Part shown: piece by piece, positions 25,023-37,805 of the stretch
How the letters are laid out: every line of letters begins with the position of its first letter
How positions within the stretch are numbered: the first letter of the stretch is position 1
From: Pseudovirgaria hyperparasitica
Taxonomy: Eukaryota
Strand: one strand, 5' to 3'
Assembly (NCBI GenBank): GCA_010093815.1
Contig: ML996570.1
Length of the DNA stretch: 64,000 nt
Notes under the pieces: model-generated
Database searches by the model: none
Seen by the model: the letters and a program-made list of their open reading frames with translations, nothing else
Told to the model about the DNA's origin: nothing
Made by a program: the position numbers and the translations under genes

Positions 25023-27974
25023 GCTGACTGAGAAGGAGGGACAGGAATACTGTCCTTTGTTTATTAAAGGCAGAGGAATGGCATATGCGAACGAAAATAT
25101 AGCTGGCGACAAGTAATTGGCAATGGAAAAGGAGGAATTGACAGGATGTAGCAGTCGGCAGGCGAAGCGTCGAAAGCAGCGTTACCGGAGCAATAGAAGT
25201 ATTACTCGAGTTAAAGCGTTGCTGCAGATGGAACAATGAGGGAGATCTGGTGATGTTCGGCGTTGGGTGGGTTGTGATGTTTGTATACTGAGTAGAAAGA
25301 TTCGGCAGGTCGTGTTTACGTGTTTTGGCTGGTGCAAGCTTGAGCTTTGGACAGCAACAGCCAATCAGCGACGCGGCATCCGGCAGCCCTGGCAATCTCT
25401 AACGCTTAGACTCAAGACCGCCTCTCGAACCTCTCAAGTTCTTTATGTTAGACAACGATGATATTATGAGAGAATTAACAAAATCGCAGAGACAATACCT
25501 CTAGCTTTTTGCGTTTATCATCTTACTAGAAGGTATGTGTACCTAGAAAGCCATAACTGTTTGTGGCTATGCTGATGAGGAAGGTTCCGTTGTGACACCG
25601 CCCGCCAAGTGAACAGGAGGGAGCGACGCCCACCGTACTCCCGAGGTCCATATTGAACGGGTGTGAAAATACCTTCATGGATTACCATAACAGTCCTTCT
25701 TCTCGTCTTTCCAAACACACACTGCGCACAGCTCGACGTATCGATTGGCACTCGTGTTCCACTCTTAGTGCTACGCTGTCATGACGTATATTTTACAACA
25801 CATCTATCAGGGCATTTATTCATGTAGAATGATGGTCGTGCATCGCTCCATGGTAGTGTTTACCAGAGAACACTGCTTATTTAGAGAGGTGGTGCGCTAG
25901 GAACAAGGCACGAGCCAATCATTTGGTCGGCACAACTACGGAGCACCAGGCTCAGCGCGAGCAGCTACGTCATATAAATCGGCGCGTCTCTCACTGCTAA
26001 GTCAAAACCACGAACTGCTACATGAAACCCCAGCACATCGTCCTAAATATATTTGAAATATATTTTGTACTGTATTCCATACTACAAGGTATGTACATAT
26101 GAGATTTGTTCTTTCAAAGGCCTAGTTGGAGTTGTTTCTTGAAATCGAAATTCCTCAACGCGTAGGTCTATAAATACCCCTGTCATACGCGCTTGATCAG
26201 GTCCTCACGTGATATTATGAAGTGTTGACAACGACCTTACAATTACTTCAATCAACATCTTACCAACCCTCAAAGTCATCACTCATAGTTCTCACAATAT
26301 TTCAAAGCCTCGAAAATGTCGATATCGGTGTATAGCCAGCTGGCGAGCAGCGCGGCACTGCCGCCCAGAACTGGCCTATCAACGAGCTTTCTCCGCAGAC
26401 AGCTCAAACTCACCGTCTCCGCAGCACGTTTTGCGACTTTCTTCGCGCCCACGGCAACACAACTGTTTGTTGGAGAAAACAACATGAACCATATTGGTAG
26501 TACTCAGGCGCATCTGTTCCAACGGGTTTGAAGATTGGCGCCGAGCCGTGTGGCCCTCAAATGTGGTTTCTCCCTGTGGCGAGATTCCAGTCACCGACCC
26601 CCACTTGCTGCGCCTGACCGCTTTCCACTCGCCCTCGACTATCTCTAGATCATTTTGACGCCTATACCGTCGTATTGATGGCCAAATCAGCCTCATTGCG
26701 TTGGGCAGATAGTCGTGATTGCACCGAAGCCCATAATGGTTGTGTGACGCAGCCCACGCGCTATTTCTCTTTCGCCATTGCGCATCCACCATACACAATC
26801 CACTGTGCGAAGGCATTTAATGGGATGATCGCTATTGCGCAGGAGAATGATGTTAAGTGCTCTGAGACCGCATGATACAGATAGTACTCAACGTATAGAT
26901 TGATTCCCCGCACGGTGCTCAGACTATGAACAGCTCGAGCAGGCATGCAGAGTACCGAGCCGGACCGGGAATGGGATGACGTTTATCGAAGAGTATCCCA
27001 CCAGGAACTTTATCACCATAGGTAGAGAGCTGCTACAAGGTCATGACGGCGCATAGTGATAGATTCCTGAGCGGGCAATTATCTTATCATCTGTCCAGGT
27101 GGTTCAGATGTAAATTTGGAGCACCCAAGGAATTGGGTGTCCCTCATAGCAGTTTCACGAGATGGGCGGTTGAAATAGGTTTAGAAAGGCCGCATTTCAA
27201 GCTTGATCTAGTATGCCTTTAGTTGACGTTTGGATTGGCCCAGCTTGCAGGCGCTTTGCTCGGTAACTATCGCTCTCGGAGTGGCATGCCTCCAGCTACG
27301 CCGATTTCCCAGACCGACAAGGCGCTTCCGGCAGCTGTGTTCTTGGTTCATCGTAGCCGCCAGGACATTGTCTGATACATTCAAAGTCTGTTATCGACTG
27401 GAAATGAATGTACAATAGGAGCATTGTTAGAGTTGCGACCCATATTGGAATGTGTCAGGTGCGATGATCGTAGGTCAGTGACTGCTGCACCGACTGAGAC
27501 TACAATCTGAGCAGGCTCACATTCTTGAAACAAGCGTCTGACCCGATAGAACCGTGAGAATTATTCCTTGCTTCATTTACTCTGTCTAAGAGTGAATCGA
27601 ATCTTCTGCACGATTTTGAACCTGCTCAAATTGCATGTTGGCTATGCGCAGTTGCTCCGGAGTAGTCTTAGATAGATCGGTCCTTGGGTAGCCTTCGCTT
27701 CAACCTCTGATCCCACCATCCACCGTTCTCTTCCCAACTCCACCCGGACACTCTTACTCTTCTCACCTCACAACGTTCGACAATCGCCATCAGACTCGTC
27801 TCGCTCCCTCCTCCGACTATTGTATCTGGCGCTTCATGGCAACTTTCTATTTATAATCCGCCAACGTCTTTTCCTAGCTCCTCGCCCTCCTTCCCTCTGG
27901 CGAAGGACAAGGCGCTTTGAGGACTCACGACAACCAGGCTACAGACAGCACTGGACTTCATCGGACTTCTTCTA

Positions 27975-28189
27975 GTAAGTTTAACTATCCGTTCATGTTA
28001 TGCGACCGTCTTTGGGTTCCCAAAAATGGTCTGCTATCTCTTGTGTGTGTTGCTGGGCTTCGCTGCTGCGACCGACCGGGGACTCGCCCTGCGACATTAC
28101 TTGGGACCGAGAACCAAAGATGGCTGACAACAACCACATCCCACTGACCAGAACACTGAGAACTTTTCATATGCTAACTTCATATATAG
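27975..28189 (+). other. Probable 5'-UTR intron of the Zn2Cys6 gene
   Basis: Canonical donor GTAAGT at 27975, branch GCTAAC at about 28173 and acceptor TAG at 28187-28189, 170 nt upstream of ATG 28359. Confidence 0.6.
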
Positions 28190-28358
28190 GGCCGTTCGCG
28201 ACCCCAAAAAAAACAAAGCCTCTTAATAGAATCTCGTCGCCGTCCTCCCACCATCTGACCTCAGAAGGAGAGCATTTGTCAACGATCAAGAGCCTGCCGC
28301 ACGACACACCTCTAGGCCACATAGTCAGGCTCTGGGCACAATTCAGAAAGATTCAATT

Positions 28359-30404
28359 ATGAACATTACAACAGTCCTCGAGAATGGTGCGCCAAATAAT
28401 GGTTCTCATGCCGCCAATCTTGGTGCCACGAATCGTTACGCTACTCGGCACTCCACGACTACTGAGGCGGGTTTCGAGCAGCAGTATCCATCCACGAGGG
28501 ATGAAATACATCACGATAGGCGATTGCCAGGCCTGACTCAACTCGACATCCCTCCCTCGTCCAGTTCCTTCAGCAGTGGCACTACTCAGCAGAACAACGC
28601 ATCTTCTGCTAACAGTGAAACTCCCAAGCATGTTCGTTTCATACACCTCCTTGATGGAGGCGAGCGCAGTCGTTTGGCTTTGTCGACCAATATCAATGCG
28701 CACGACACCACACAGTCGATCATCGATGCTGTGCGGAACTTCTTTGGTCTCTTCACCGGTCGTCTGGGTTTCGAAGATGAGTCTGGGTGTCACATCATCC
28801 CAAGTTACAACAACTTTGGCCACGGCGGCACTATCTTTCTTCGTGGTGAGCCCGAAGAAACAAACAACGCTGCTCACCTTCAAACGGAGGCGCCGCTTCA
28901 GTCCCCAACCAAAACCTTTCCGATGCTACCACCCGCATCCAACCAACCCCTGTCTAGACCTGGGTCTCGTATATCGAGCGGTATTCAACTTGCACCCGGC
29001 TTTGAATTCACACCGCAGGTATCGCCCACCAAAAACGAATCTTTTGGTTGTAACCCACCAGGATATGTTGAGCACAGAGGCACAGACGAATGGATCATGC
29101 GCCTTCCTGCCGGCAGCGTTGAGGATCCGAACGGTACTGGCTCGAAGATTGCAAGTGCTGATATCAGCGAGGCCAACATTGTTGACGGAGGCCGAAGGAA
29201 ACGGGCAAAGTTCGATACTCAGGTAGGCGCTGACTAGCAATCAACGATCTTCTGTCTAACCGTTCCTTTATAGGACTTACCTCTTTTTCAGCCGATGCAG
29301 GTACCGTCTACTCAGTCAATGTCATCTGCGTCCCCTGTTCGGCGTCCTCCTCCACAAGCGTCGAGTGCCCATGACGGTTACGCTTTGTCCCACACTGATA
29401 CTACTCCTCAGAGAGCTATGTCGCAGAGAAGCTCTTTGCAATACAATGGGCCAAACCGCCGTCGTGGAGTGCTACCCACACCTGACCACACGACAGCAAG
29501 CGCTATGTCAGACGAGGACGTGGCCTGGCAATTAGTCAGTCTTAGTGACATTGGGCGATTGCCTGGTCAAGGGCGTACATCCACTTCCACTCTAGATGAT
29601 GCGTTCAGCGGCAAAGCAAATGCATCAGATCTAGGTGACGAGTACAGCGAAGAGGAGGAAGATGCTCCAATCGGCGCCCCGAACTTCAATATTTACCAAG
29701 ACGACCAACCTCGCCACAGCGCAAAGTCACGAAGCCATTCAAGACGCGAAGCCGACGGTGAAACAAGCGGCGAAGATTGTGAGGACGGTGACGACGTCTC
29801 GTTCAAGGGTGCGAGCAGCGAGATGTCGGGAGTCGATAGGCGTAAAGGCCCAAAATCAACGTCGAAACATCCCAAAAGCAAAGCATCCAAGCCACAGCAA
29901 GGTGGAAAGGGTGTGAAGAAGGAGTATGGCTCCAAACAAGCCCCTCCTTCCCCTCGCTCTCTTTCCAATTCATCGCGCAAGCCTTCCAACGCTTCCCTGG
30001 GGTTCACTGCGCCTCTCACACCACTTGCCCCGGATGAGACTGACTTGTCCAGCAAACCTCGATGCCAGCGATGCCGCAAGAGCAAGAAGGGCTGTGACCG
30101 ACAACGTCCATGTGGACGCTGCAAAGACGCTGGGCTCGGTATCGATGACTGTGTCAGCGAGGAAGAGACCAACAATAAGAAAGGACGCTATGGACGACAC
30201 ATGGGTGTCATTATCAAGAAGGATGATGAGGAGTCCATGTCTCCGCATGCAAATGCTCATATCCAACCACAGAAACAAGCGCCATCACAGGCGCCGCAAC
30301 TGCCACCATATCCCTACGGCCAGAAACCCTCGGATGAGATGTTCAAGATGGCACAGCAAGGCTTCGCCGGGCTCTCATCCAAGGACAAGAAACGTAAGCG
30401 GTAG
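28359..30404 (+). CDS. Zn(II)2Cys6 transcription factor with C-terminal zinc cluster
   Basis: Intron 29223-29273 joins the two ORFs in frame. Cluster CQRCRKSKKGCDRQRPCGRCKDAGLGIDDC near the C-terminus; C-terminal basic NLS-like KKRKR. Confidence 0.9.
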
Positions 30405-32187
30405 CATGTCATCTTGCTTTCTCTCCGATGACAGCTTATTTCTCTTGCTGGTCCTTCAAATCTTGTGCTATTGAGTTCAAGAATAGGGTGTCGAACGCAC
30501 GGACCAAACTGCAATGCGACGATGAACGAATCTCCTTTATCTTTGTTATCTGTATGGGACTATCGCCAAATGCGTTCTATCGCTTCAGGCGTACATGTTG
30601 GGTGAGATTTTTTTACTGTGCTCGCAATGGGAGTTACGACATGATGACTTGTGATTATCCTTTATCAGATTGAGGATGTGCTACACTGACAAACATTGAT
30701 GGAAAAGGGTTTTGGTGGAACATTTGCGACTAATATTTTCCTACTTTGATTCGTCGCCTTGCGCTGCTGCTGTTATGCGCTAGGTAACTCAACTACCTTG
30801 CACCTCTCAGCTGTCTATATTGGAGTGGTACAATCTTTCCTTTGCTTGTTAGTCTGCGCATCTGGAGATTACAACTGCAGTCCTTGGATAGGATGTAGAA
30901 GACAATGAGAAGATTTTGATACATGGTCAGTCGCTTGCATATTGGGCCCTGGTGCACGATGGAAGCGGGCAAAGGTGTATGCGCGCCCCGCCATGACCCC
31001 AGTCCTTACGCTGCATTACGATGAAACCATGTCGTAGCGACTTTCGGCGCACGTTACCTTGTAGTGTAGGCTTCCCTATGCTCACTATCTAGAAACCTCA
31101 TGCGGCCACATGAAGTCTCCAGTCAACATCAAGACCACTCCCTCACAGGTTCGACCATCACTGCATTCTCATTTCAAGGGTCCTGACTCCTGGCTCTGGT
31201 CCTGACAGCGCATGGCCCCATATCGCGGGAGCTAGCGGTACCAGTAGGGATAATCCCTGTTTGTCAGCCGAAACGCCGGTGCGGGGTGAAAATGACCGCC
31301 AGCAGGATGATCTACCTGCGCTACGCTCGAAGGAGGAATGCGATGAAATTGAGGAGATAAAACCACGACAATTCCAACGAAATCACAAGGAGCAGATGGG
31401 ACCACTATCTAGACCCTCATAGCAAGCTCATAGAGCTTCATACTCTCTATGTCTCCAAATTTGGTAACCCACGACCCCGGGATAATTAGTTCGGATCGTT
31501 CCCACCGCACGGGCAAGCACGTGAGTTACACCTGGATCTGCCATCCATTGTACTATGGAGCACAGGCATATAACACATGGATGTTACTATCGTGCTATTT
31601 AGACATTAACATTCTACTATGAAACATTAAACAGTGGTTACCTCCTAGTACTATGTATATCGCAGGCTCAATCTCAATCTCTCGATAAGATAGACGGGCC
31701 GACTCCTGATCAAAATTAGCTATCGATAAAGAGGCTCAGTCGCTGAGACCCTCATCAACACACATCACGCTTCTATAATCTGCCTAATGCGATGGCAGAA
31801 CTGCCTGTAGGACATGGCTACACAGCCTAATGCCAATCATCCGTCTGCTAACATGTCGTGCTCGTCTCCGTCTTTACAACACACCAACATGAGCCATCGC
31901 AAATGGTTTTCAGCCCCCGCTAGGCCGGTCGTGGCCTAGGTCCTCTCTGCCCTGGCGAGAGATTCCTTTGGTCGCGTCCAAGCAGTTTGCTCCGCCTCAC
32001 CGATTCCTTTCCAATGTAATTGTTGTTTGCCGTCCATTACTCAGCCTCATGCCGTCCCCTCCTCCTCCTTGCCATTCTTCTATGGATTTCGTCTGTCAAC
32101 ATCGTTCTGTATAGTCTTACCAGCGCCGCTTTGATCTACGCTGCCATTACTATAACGCCTGCTGACGGTGCGCAATAAAACACGATC

Positions 32188-34268
32188 ATGGCTGGAGCAG
32201 AGCCCCCAATATCTTCAATCAAAGCCCGCATATCTGCTCTCAATCTCGAACAAGTCGGTGCTGTGCCAGGAGCACCTCCTCCATATACCTTCGACGCTGT
32301 TAATGCTCCGAGAAAAGCGCGACCTCCTCCTCCACCGCCGCCCAGCCAACGCCCTTCAGCGCATCGTAACCAGAGCACGAATAATCCTCCACTACAAAGC
32401 AATGGCTCCGCGACAGATCGAAATTATGGTAATGAACCGGCGCAGCAGATTGACACGAGTCTCGGACCCGTCAGGAATGCTCCTCCTCGACCTCCACCTC
32501 GACCTGCACTGCCTCCAAGGCCTTCACAAGATTCTGTAAAGCCGTCAACACCTGCACTGCCACCAAGGAGGCCTTCAGAGCAGAGTATTGTCAGTAAAAA
32601 AACGTCAATGGACTCAATATCATCGGCAACATCTGTGAAGACAACGGGTTCGGCCCTCTCGTCCCGCACAAGTTTCAGTAACACGAGTGGCGCTGCAGGA
32701 AGGGATGAAGTGTACAAGGTCAAAGCGCCGGCCTTTGACCCTTCAAAGTTGCCTGCACTACCACCCAAGAGAGAAAAGACAAACGAAAGTCTAAGGAATG
32801 GGAGACCAGCTCTGCGATCTGGCAGGCCCACGTCTGCGGCCCCTATGGTGAATAGGATTATTTCTCCACCACCCGTAGCACCAGATAGATCAGTGAAGGC
32901 TCCTCTGCCTGAGCAAAAAATGGAGCTACCAGATTGTGAGACTCCTCCGATACTGCCTACAAGACCTGCACTTCCTACGCGACCAAATACTGCGCAGCGA
33001 GAAACACCGCAATCGACCATGCCGAAACGATCAGCTTTAACCTTTGGCATGAATCGAACGACGGAATCCGCTCCATTTATACCAGCCGGGCGTCCCAACG
33101 ATCACCAGGGCGCTACCCAAGACCACGAGCACGGAACCCCGCCTCCCGTACCAATGTCCTCACGTCCTGATCTGTCAGTAATCATGGCTTCCAAGCCCAA
33201 GCCTGGGGCCGTCCCTCAGTGTTTGAAATGCAGAGACTTTTCAGCCCCTGATAACCATTCCACACGTTTCCCTCGCCATGCCATTCCATCCACAGACATC
33301 GCATGGCTCGCTCATCAACTCTGCTCTCCCTTCCCCTCCTGACCGACAAAGCACGTGTCATTTTCACATGGCTACACCACAATATTGCTTACGATGCCGA
33401 CGCATTCTTTAACAACACTGTCAGGACTAAGACTCCCGAGGAAACCATGGCCAAAGGCGCAGCCGTATGTGCTGGCTACGCTGGCCTCTTTACTGCCATT
33501 GCCTCCCACGCCGGCCTCGAAAGCGTCGTAATCAGTGGCTACGGCAAAGGCTACAGCCACAAGGCCCTCCAGCCCGGACAGGCGATCCCGCCATACAAGT
33601 CGAACCACGCCTGGAACGCCGTCAAGCTCGAGCATGGCGAGTGGAAGTTGCTCGACAGCACGTGGGGCGCCGGCGTACTGAGCAACAAGTTATACAAGAA
33701 GATCTTCAACGAGGACATGTTCACCATGGACAACATCGAGTTCGGCACCCGCCATTTCCCTACAGATGACTCGCAGTGGTACCGCAACGACGGCCGCACG
33801 ATGACATGGGACGAGTACATGCTCGACGATGTCGGCGAGCGCGTCAATGTGTATGGCGCAGCTACCAAGGAGCACGGCCTGGGCGCGCGCACATTCTACC
33901 CCGAGCAGCGCAGCATCCGCGTACACTCTCCTACCGAACCGCCAGTTCTGCGCTTTCAGTTCGCGTACAAGTGCAGCCATTGGGATAACGCACGGAACGG
34001 CGAAGGCCCGCCATACGTCATGACCTTGAAGGTGGAGGGGAGAGATGGGAGGAATGGGGACTATTTGCCGTTTGAGACGGACGGGCGGATGTGGTGGGTG
34101 GATGTCAGACGAGAGGATCTTGGGGCGCCTGGACAGACGATCTCGGTGTTTGCGGTGACGAGGCTGGATAGGAAGGATGGGAGGGGTGTGTCGGTGAAGG
34201 AGTACAAGAGTAAGAAGGGCAAGACGAGCATGAGTTTTGGGGGCGTGTGTCAGTGGAATCTGGTGTGA
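32188..34268 (+). CDS. Pro-rich transglutaminase-like (Cyk3/KY peptidase-like) protein with an apparent 1-nt frameshift at about 33339
   Basis: A Pro-rich N-half ends CL.CRDFSAPD..WLAHQLCSPFPS and continues in another frame as TDKARVIFTWLHHNIAYD. Triad motifs AVCAGYA, NHAWNAV and LLDSTWGAG are intact. No GT donor at the junction. Confidence 0.85.
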
Positions 34269-34785
34269 GTGAACATGATGTCGCGTGCAATCTTGTCCTA
34301 TTTCGAGTATATGTTGGCGTTGATTTAGATACCAGGCGGCGGGAAGGATATGAAGCATTTTCCGGGCAAGGGGGAGGGGGGGTCCCGGGTCAGGGACCTA
34401 CATACTCTGTAGTTTTGGCAATTTCGGTCGTTGCAGCTTTGTACGCGAAACGATGACCACGTTTTCAGTTTCTGTGATTTGAGTCACTCCTCCTCTTCAT
34501 GGCTGACGAATCTGCTCTCTCCCATGGCGTATAACATCTAGTCACGTAACGTCTTTCCTTCTGTGACCTTTTTCCCACTCCATGGTCAGAAATAAAGGAC
34601 AAGATTGGTAAATAGAGCGGAGGAGAATTGTGGAGAGAGGAATTGTATTGGATCCTGCGCTGTGGATAAAATCTAATCGTACAGCGTGGACTATATGAAC
34701 GCCTGTGCTATGCTTTTCTTCCGTACATGATACAAACCACCTTTTACTGTACATTCCTTGCCTCATGGAGCATGATCCTCCATCA

Positions 34786-35475
34786 TCACCATAACCAGCC
34801 CTTTTTCTTCTCCTCCTTCTCATCCGTCGCATTCTCCGCAAGCTTCTCCGCCGCCTTCTCCCTCTCCTTCCAGTCCTCACTCCACTCCCCCTCCTTCTTC
34901 CGCATCTTCAACCCATCAACCTCCCTCCTCACAGCCTCACTCACCCCCTTCTCCTTCCCCTCTCCACCCATCCCCCTCTCCTCAAACGCCTCCTCCACAA
35001 ACGACCTGATCCGATCCGCAACGCCCATCTCCCCCTCCCCATCCCCCATCTCCCTCTCCCTCTCCACCCTCTCCCGCTCCAACCGCTCCCTCATCAGCGC
35101 CTGCACCTGCCGCGCCCTCTCCGTCGGCATCTCCGTCCTATTCTCAAACATGCCCCTGAGCCAGCCCGTCTTTTTCTCGCCGTCCGCTGCACTATTACCA
35201 CTGCCAACACCACCAGGACTCCAGTACAACGTGCGCAGATGATTCGCGCTTAGGGCGGTCGTGCTGCCTAGGAGAAGGGTGTAGACGTCGAGTTTGCGTG
35301 GGGGCATGGCGATGAGGATGGGGCAGGCGATGACGAGGCCCCAGGAGAGGTTGCGGGACATGGTGGTGTAGGATTCGGTGCGGCGGGTGGTGAGGGCGAG
35401 GGGGGATGGTGGTTCTTCGGTGGTGGTGGTGTTTGGGGTGGGTTGAGATGAGGGTTGGGGTAGTTGCGGAGGCAT
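34786..35475 (-). CDS. Hypothetical membrane protein, conserved-looking
   Basis: ATG 35475 (aaaATG). Hydrophobic segment WGLVIACPILIAMPPRKLDVYTLLL; charged coiled-coil-like C-half with WKERE. Confidence 0.7.
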   Translation of the reverse strand: MPPQLPQPSSQPTPNTTTTEEPPSPLALTTRRTESYTTMSRNLSWGLVIACPILIAMPPRKLDVYTLLLGSTTALSANHLRTLYWSPGGVGSGNSAADGEKKTGWLRGMFENRTEMPTERARQVQALMRERLERERVEREREMGDGEGEMGVADRIRSFVEEAFEERGMGGEGKEKGVSEAVRREVDGLKMRKKEGEWSEDWKEREKAAEKLAENATDEKEEKKKGWLW

Positions 35476-35971
35476 TTTGAGGTTTTTTTTGGTAGCTTGG
35501 GGGTTGTGAGGGTTTGGTTTATGAGGTTTTTGGTTTGAGGTTGTGGAGATGTCGGCGTTGTTGCTGCGCGCAGTGGATCGATGGAGGATGGGTGATGGTG
35601 AGCGCATCATGAGCTTTGTGAATTTGATTAGACCCATGTCGGTGGTCGGAGCTTCGGGGGTGTGCGGCGGGATTGAAGCTACGGCGTGGCGTTCTCATAT
35701 CTACGACGGGGATCCACGGTAAGCTGTCGTGTAGTCAATCAACATTTCAATCGTGGAGTTCAATATCAGAAGGGGATCATCTCATATTAAGAGCTTTTCT
35801 TCTTATTTACAGAATTTTGCTACCATGTAGCGCCGAGAGAATCGGTAAGTGCTAGTATTAGACGAAGGGACGACGTAAGCGGTTCATAATGCAAGCTGCT
35901 GTGAGCTTTCATAAAAATCCAAAGAAAGAAGGACTCTGAGGTGTGGACTCAAAGGCGTTTTATTGCAGACA

Positions 35972-37805
35972 TCAGTAAGTAGCGTCCGATTTGAGAAACA
36001 TCCATTTTCCGTCATGGCACACTGGCTGAGACGTTTCTGATGTGTCCATGCGATAAGTCTTCCCCCGGTGCTCCAATTTATATCTGCTCTTGTGGTCGTC
36101 ATTTTGCATCAGCTCAACTGTCACTTTGCGGTCGAAGAGGTCTTCTCCATAGAGCTCAGAAATGGCTCTTTCAGCCTCCAAGCTATTGGACATGTTCACA
36201 AATCCGTGCCCAGGGTGACGACCAGACCTCTCAATAGGTATAGAAATGGACGTACTACACGGTGGTCAGAACTTGTACAAGACTATCGGTTATGCGACTT
36301 ACACATCGAACCCTTTGAAAAGTACCTCCAAGTCGCCCTCAGTGGTCACCCAATCGAGATTTCCGATTCGAAGCACAACGCTCTCACTGGGGGTATAGTC
36401 CTGGATCGTACGCACTTGACTATCGACGCTCTCCGACTCTGATTTCACAATCTCTAGCTCCGTGGGTGTCATGCGGTCGTATTGATCCCCCAGAAAGTTT
36501 GTCGTGAATCCACCCCCTCGTCTGTGAACTATGACTTGTCCAGCATTTGCAGTACTGCTAAAAAACCAGATAATTAGCAAAGTTATATTGCATTGTGAGG
36601 ATATAAATGACGCGGATGTAGATCTACTTGATTTCGCCCGATGAACCAGCAGCCAATGGAGTTATGTTCCGAAGCATGTCATTGATGTCAGACACGTCAG
36701 ATATATCGCGATATCGTTTAGATTCAGGAGACGCTTCGGCATTTTGGAGGTACTCGATGGATTCAAACGATTCGCGCAGTCGCTTCCGGCCTGCGGGGTT
36801 CATCTTAGAGGCCTTGTCACGTTGTCGCTGGGCTTCTTTTGCTTGAAGTCGGCGCTGGACCTCTTCGGTAATGTCTTCGTACTCGACAGGCTGCACATTG
36901 GGCTCGTTCGATGCGGCCACATTGTAGCCTGCCTCTGTGGCCTGTAGAACCCGCTTATTTGGTGAAGATGATTGATGTGTGAGCTCTTCAACGGCCTTCC
37001 TTTTTCCATTGGGATTCGCACGACGCTGGGTGTGTGGCAGTAAATTACTGACATCATTGGGGAGCAAGCTTCCTGGAATTCGCCCTGTGATAGGCTTTTG
37101 TGTCTGTGCCTTTCGTGATGAGCTCTTGACGGTATCCTCGGCTCTGATTGCGTGTTCTGGAGGTATAGAAGATGAATCAATATCTTTCGGGGCATCAGCA
37201 AAAGCTTCTACCAAGAGATGTCTGCCACGTAATATTTTTCCGTTCATCTCGCTGCACGCAAGCTGCTGCATTCTCCCAGAGTGGACGGAGACGATGGCGC
37301 ACCGGCACCGTCTTCCATCTTGAACGAATCGTATATTTGATACGCCATAGCCTTCAAACTTTACGGCTATGTCTTCTGCAGTGATCTCATTGGCTAGATT
37401 GCTGATTCTGATCAAGCAGGCGAAAGGTGCTGTACTCGGCTCGGGATGTGGAGGTGCTGGAAACGCAAGGTTGGTGATGTTTTGAACTGAGAACTAGTAT
37501 ATGATGTCAGCCTTGAACTCCATGATGCGATCACTTCTACGTACCAGGAGTCCCTTCAATTTCACTGCTGCCTGTCGCGACTGCTCCGTGCTCACAGACA
37601 TCGCCACCAACTCAAGCCGAACACCGGGAGGAATAGCATGCAGCGACAGCACTTTATTAAGTATGATATCATGATTCTCAAAGTTCGCTATGTGAGCATC
37701 GAATAAATCGGACCAGTTATCAGAGGATGGCGTGTCTGAGGGTTGGACCCTCGCTTGTTCGAGCTGTCTTTTCAACGCGTGCACTGCGTCCAGGTGGTCG
37801 TCCAT
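35972..37805 (-). CDS. RNA-binding protein with two RRM domains (4 exons)
   Basis: ATG 37805; introns 37544-37494, about 36627-36558 (weak donor GTAGAT) and 36302-36255 keep the frame. RRM1 IRISNLANEITAEDI..MNGKILRGRHLLVE; RRM2 LRIGNLDWVTTEGDL..GHGFVNM..LFDRKVTVE. Could instead be two genes split at 36624. Confidence 0.7.

Noticed and set aside
26169..26531. TATAAATA box followed by a 71-aa ORF at 26316
   Set aside because: No recognisable motifs in any frame and no consistent splice continuation; cannot be supported as a gene.
26844..27532. Scattered ATGATG/CTGA motifs suggesting C/D snoRNAs
   Set aside because: Box spacing is too short or the boxes are degenerate, with no terminal stems or recognisable rRNA guide.
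31920..31939. Short palindrome CTAGGCC...GGCCTAG
   Set aside because: A 7-8 bp stem is expected by chance in 64 kb.
33337..33343. TCC-TGA resembles the antizyme +1 frameshift site
   Set aside because: The downstream frame needed is -1 (equivalent to +2), not +1, and the protein is not antizyme.
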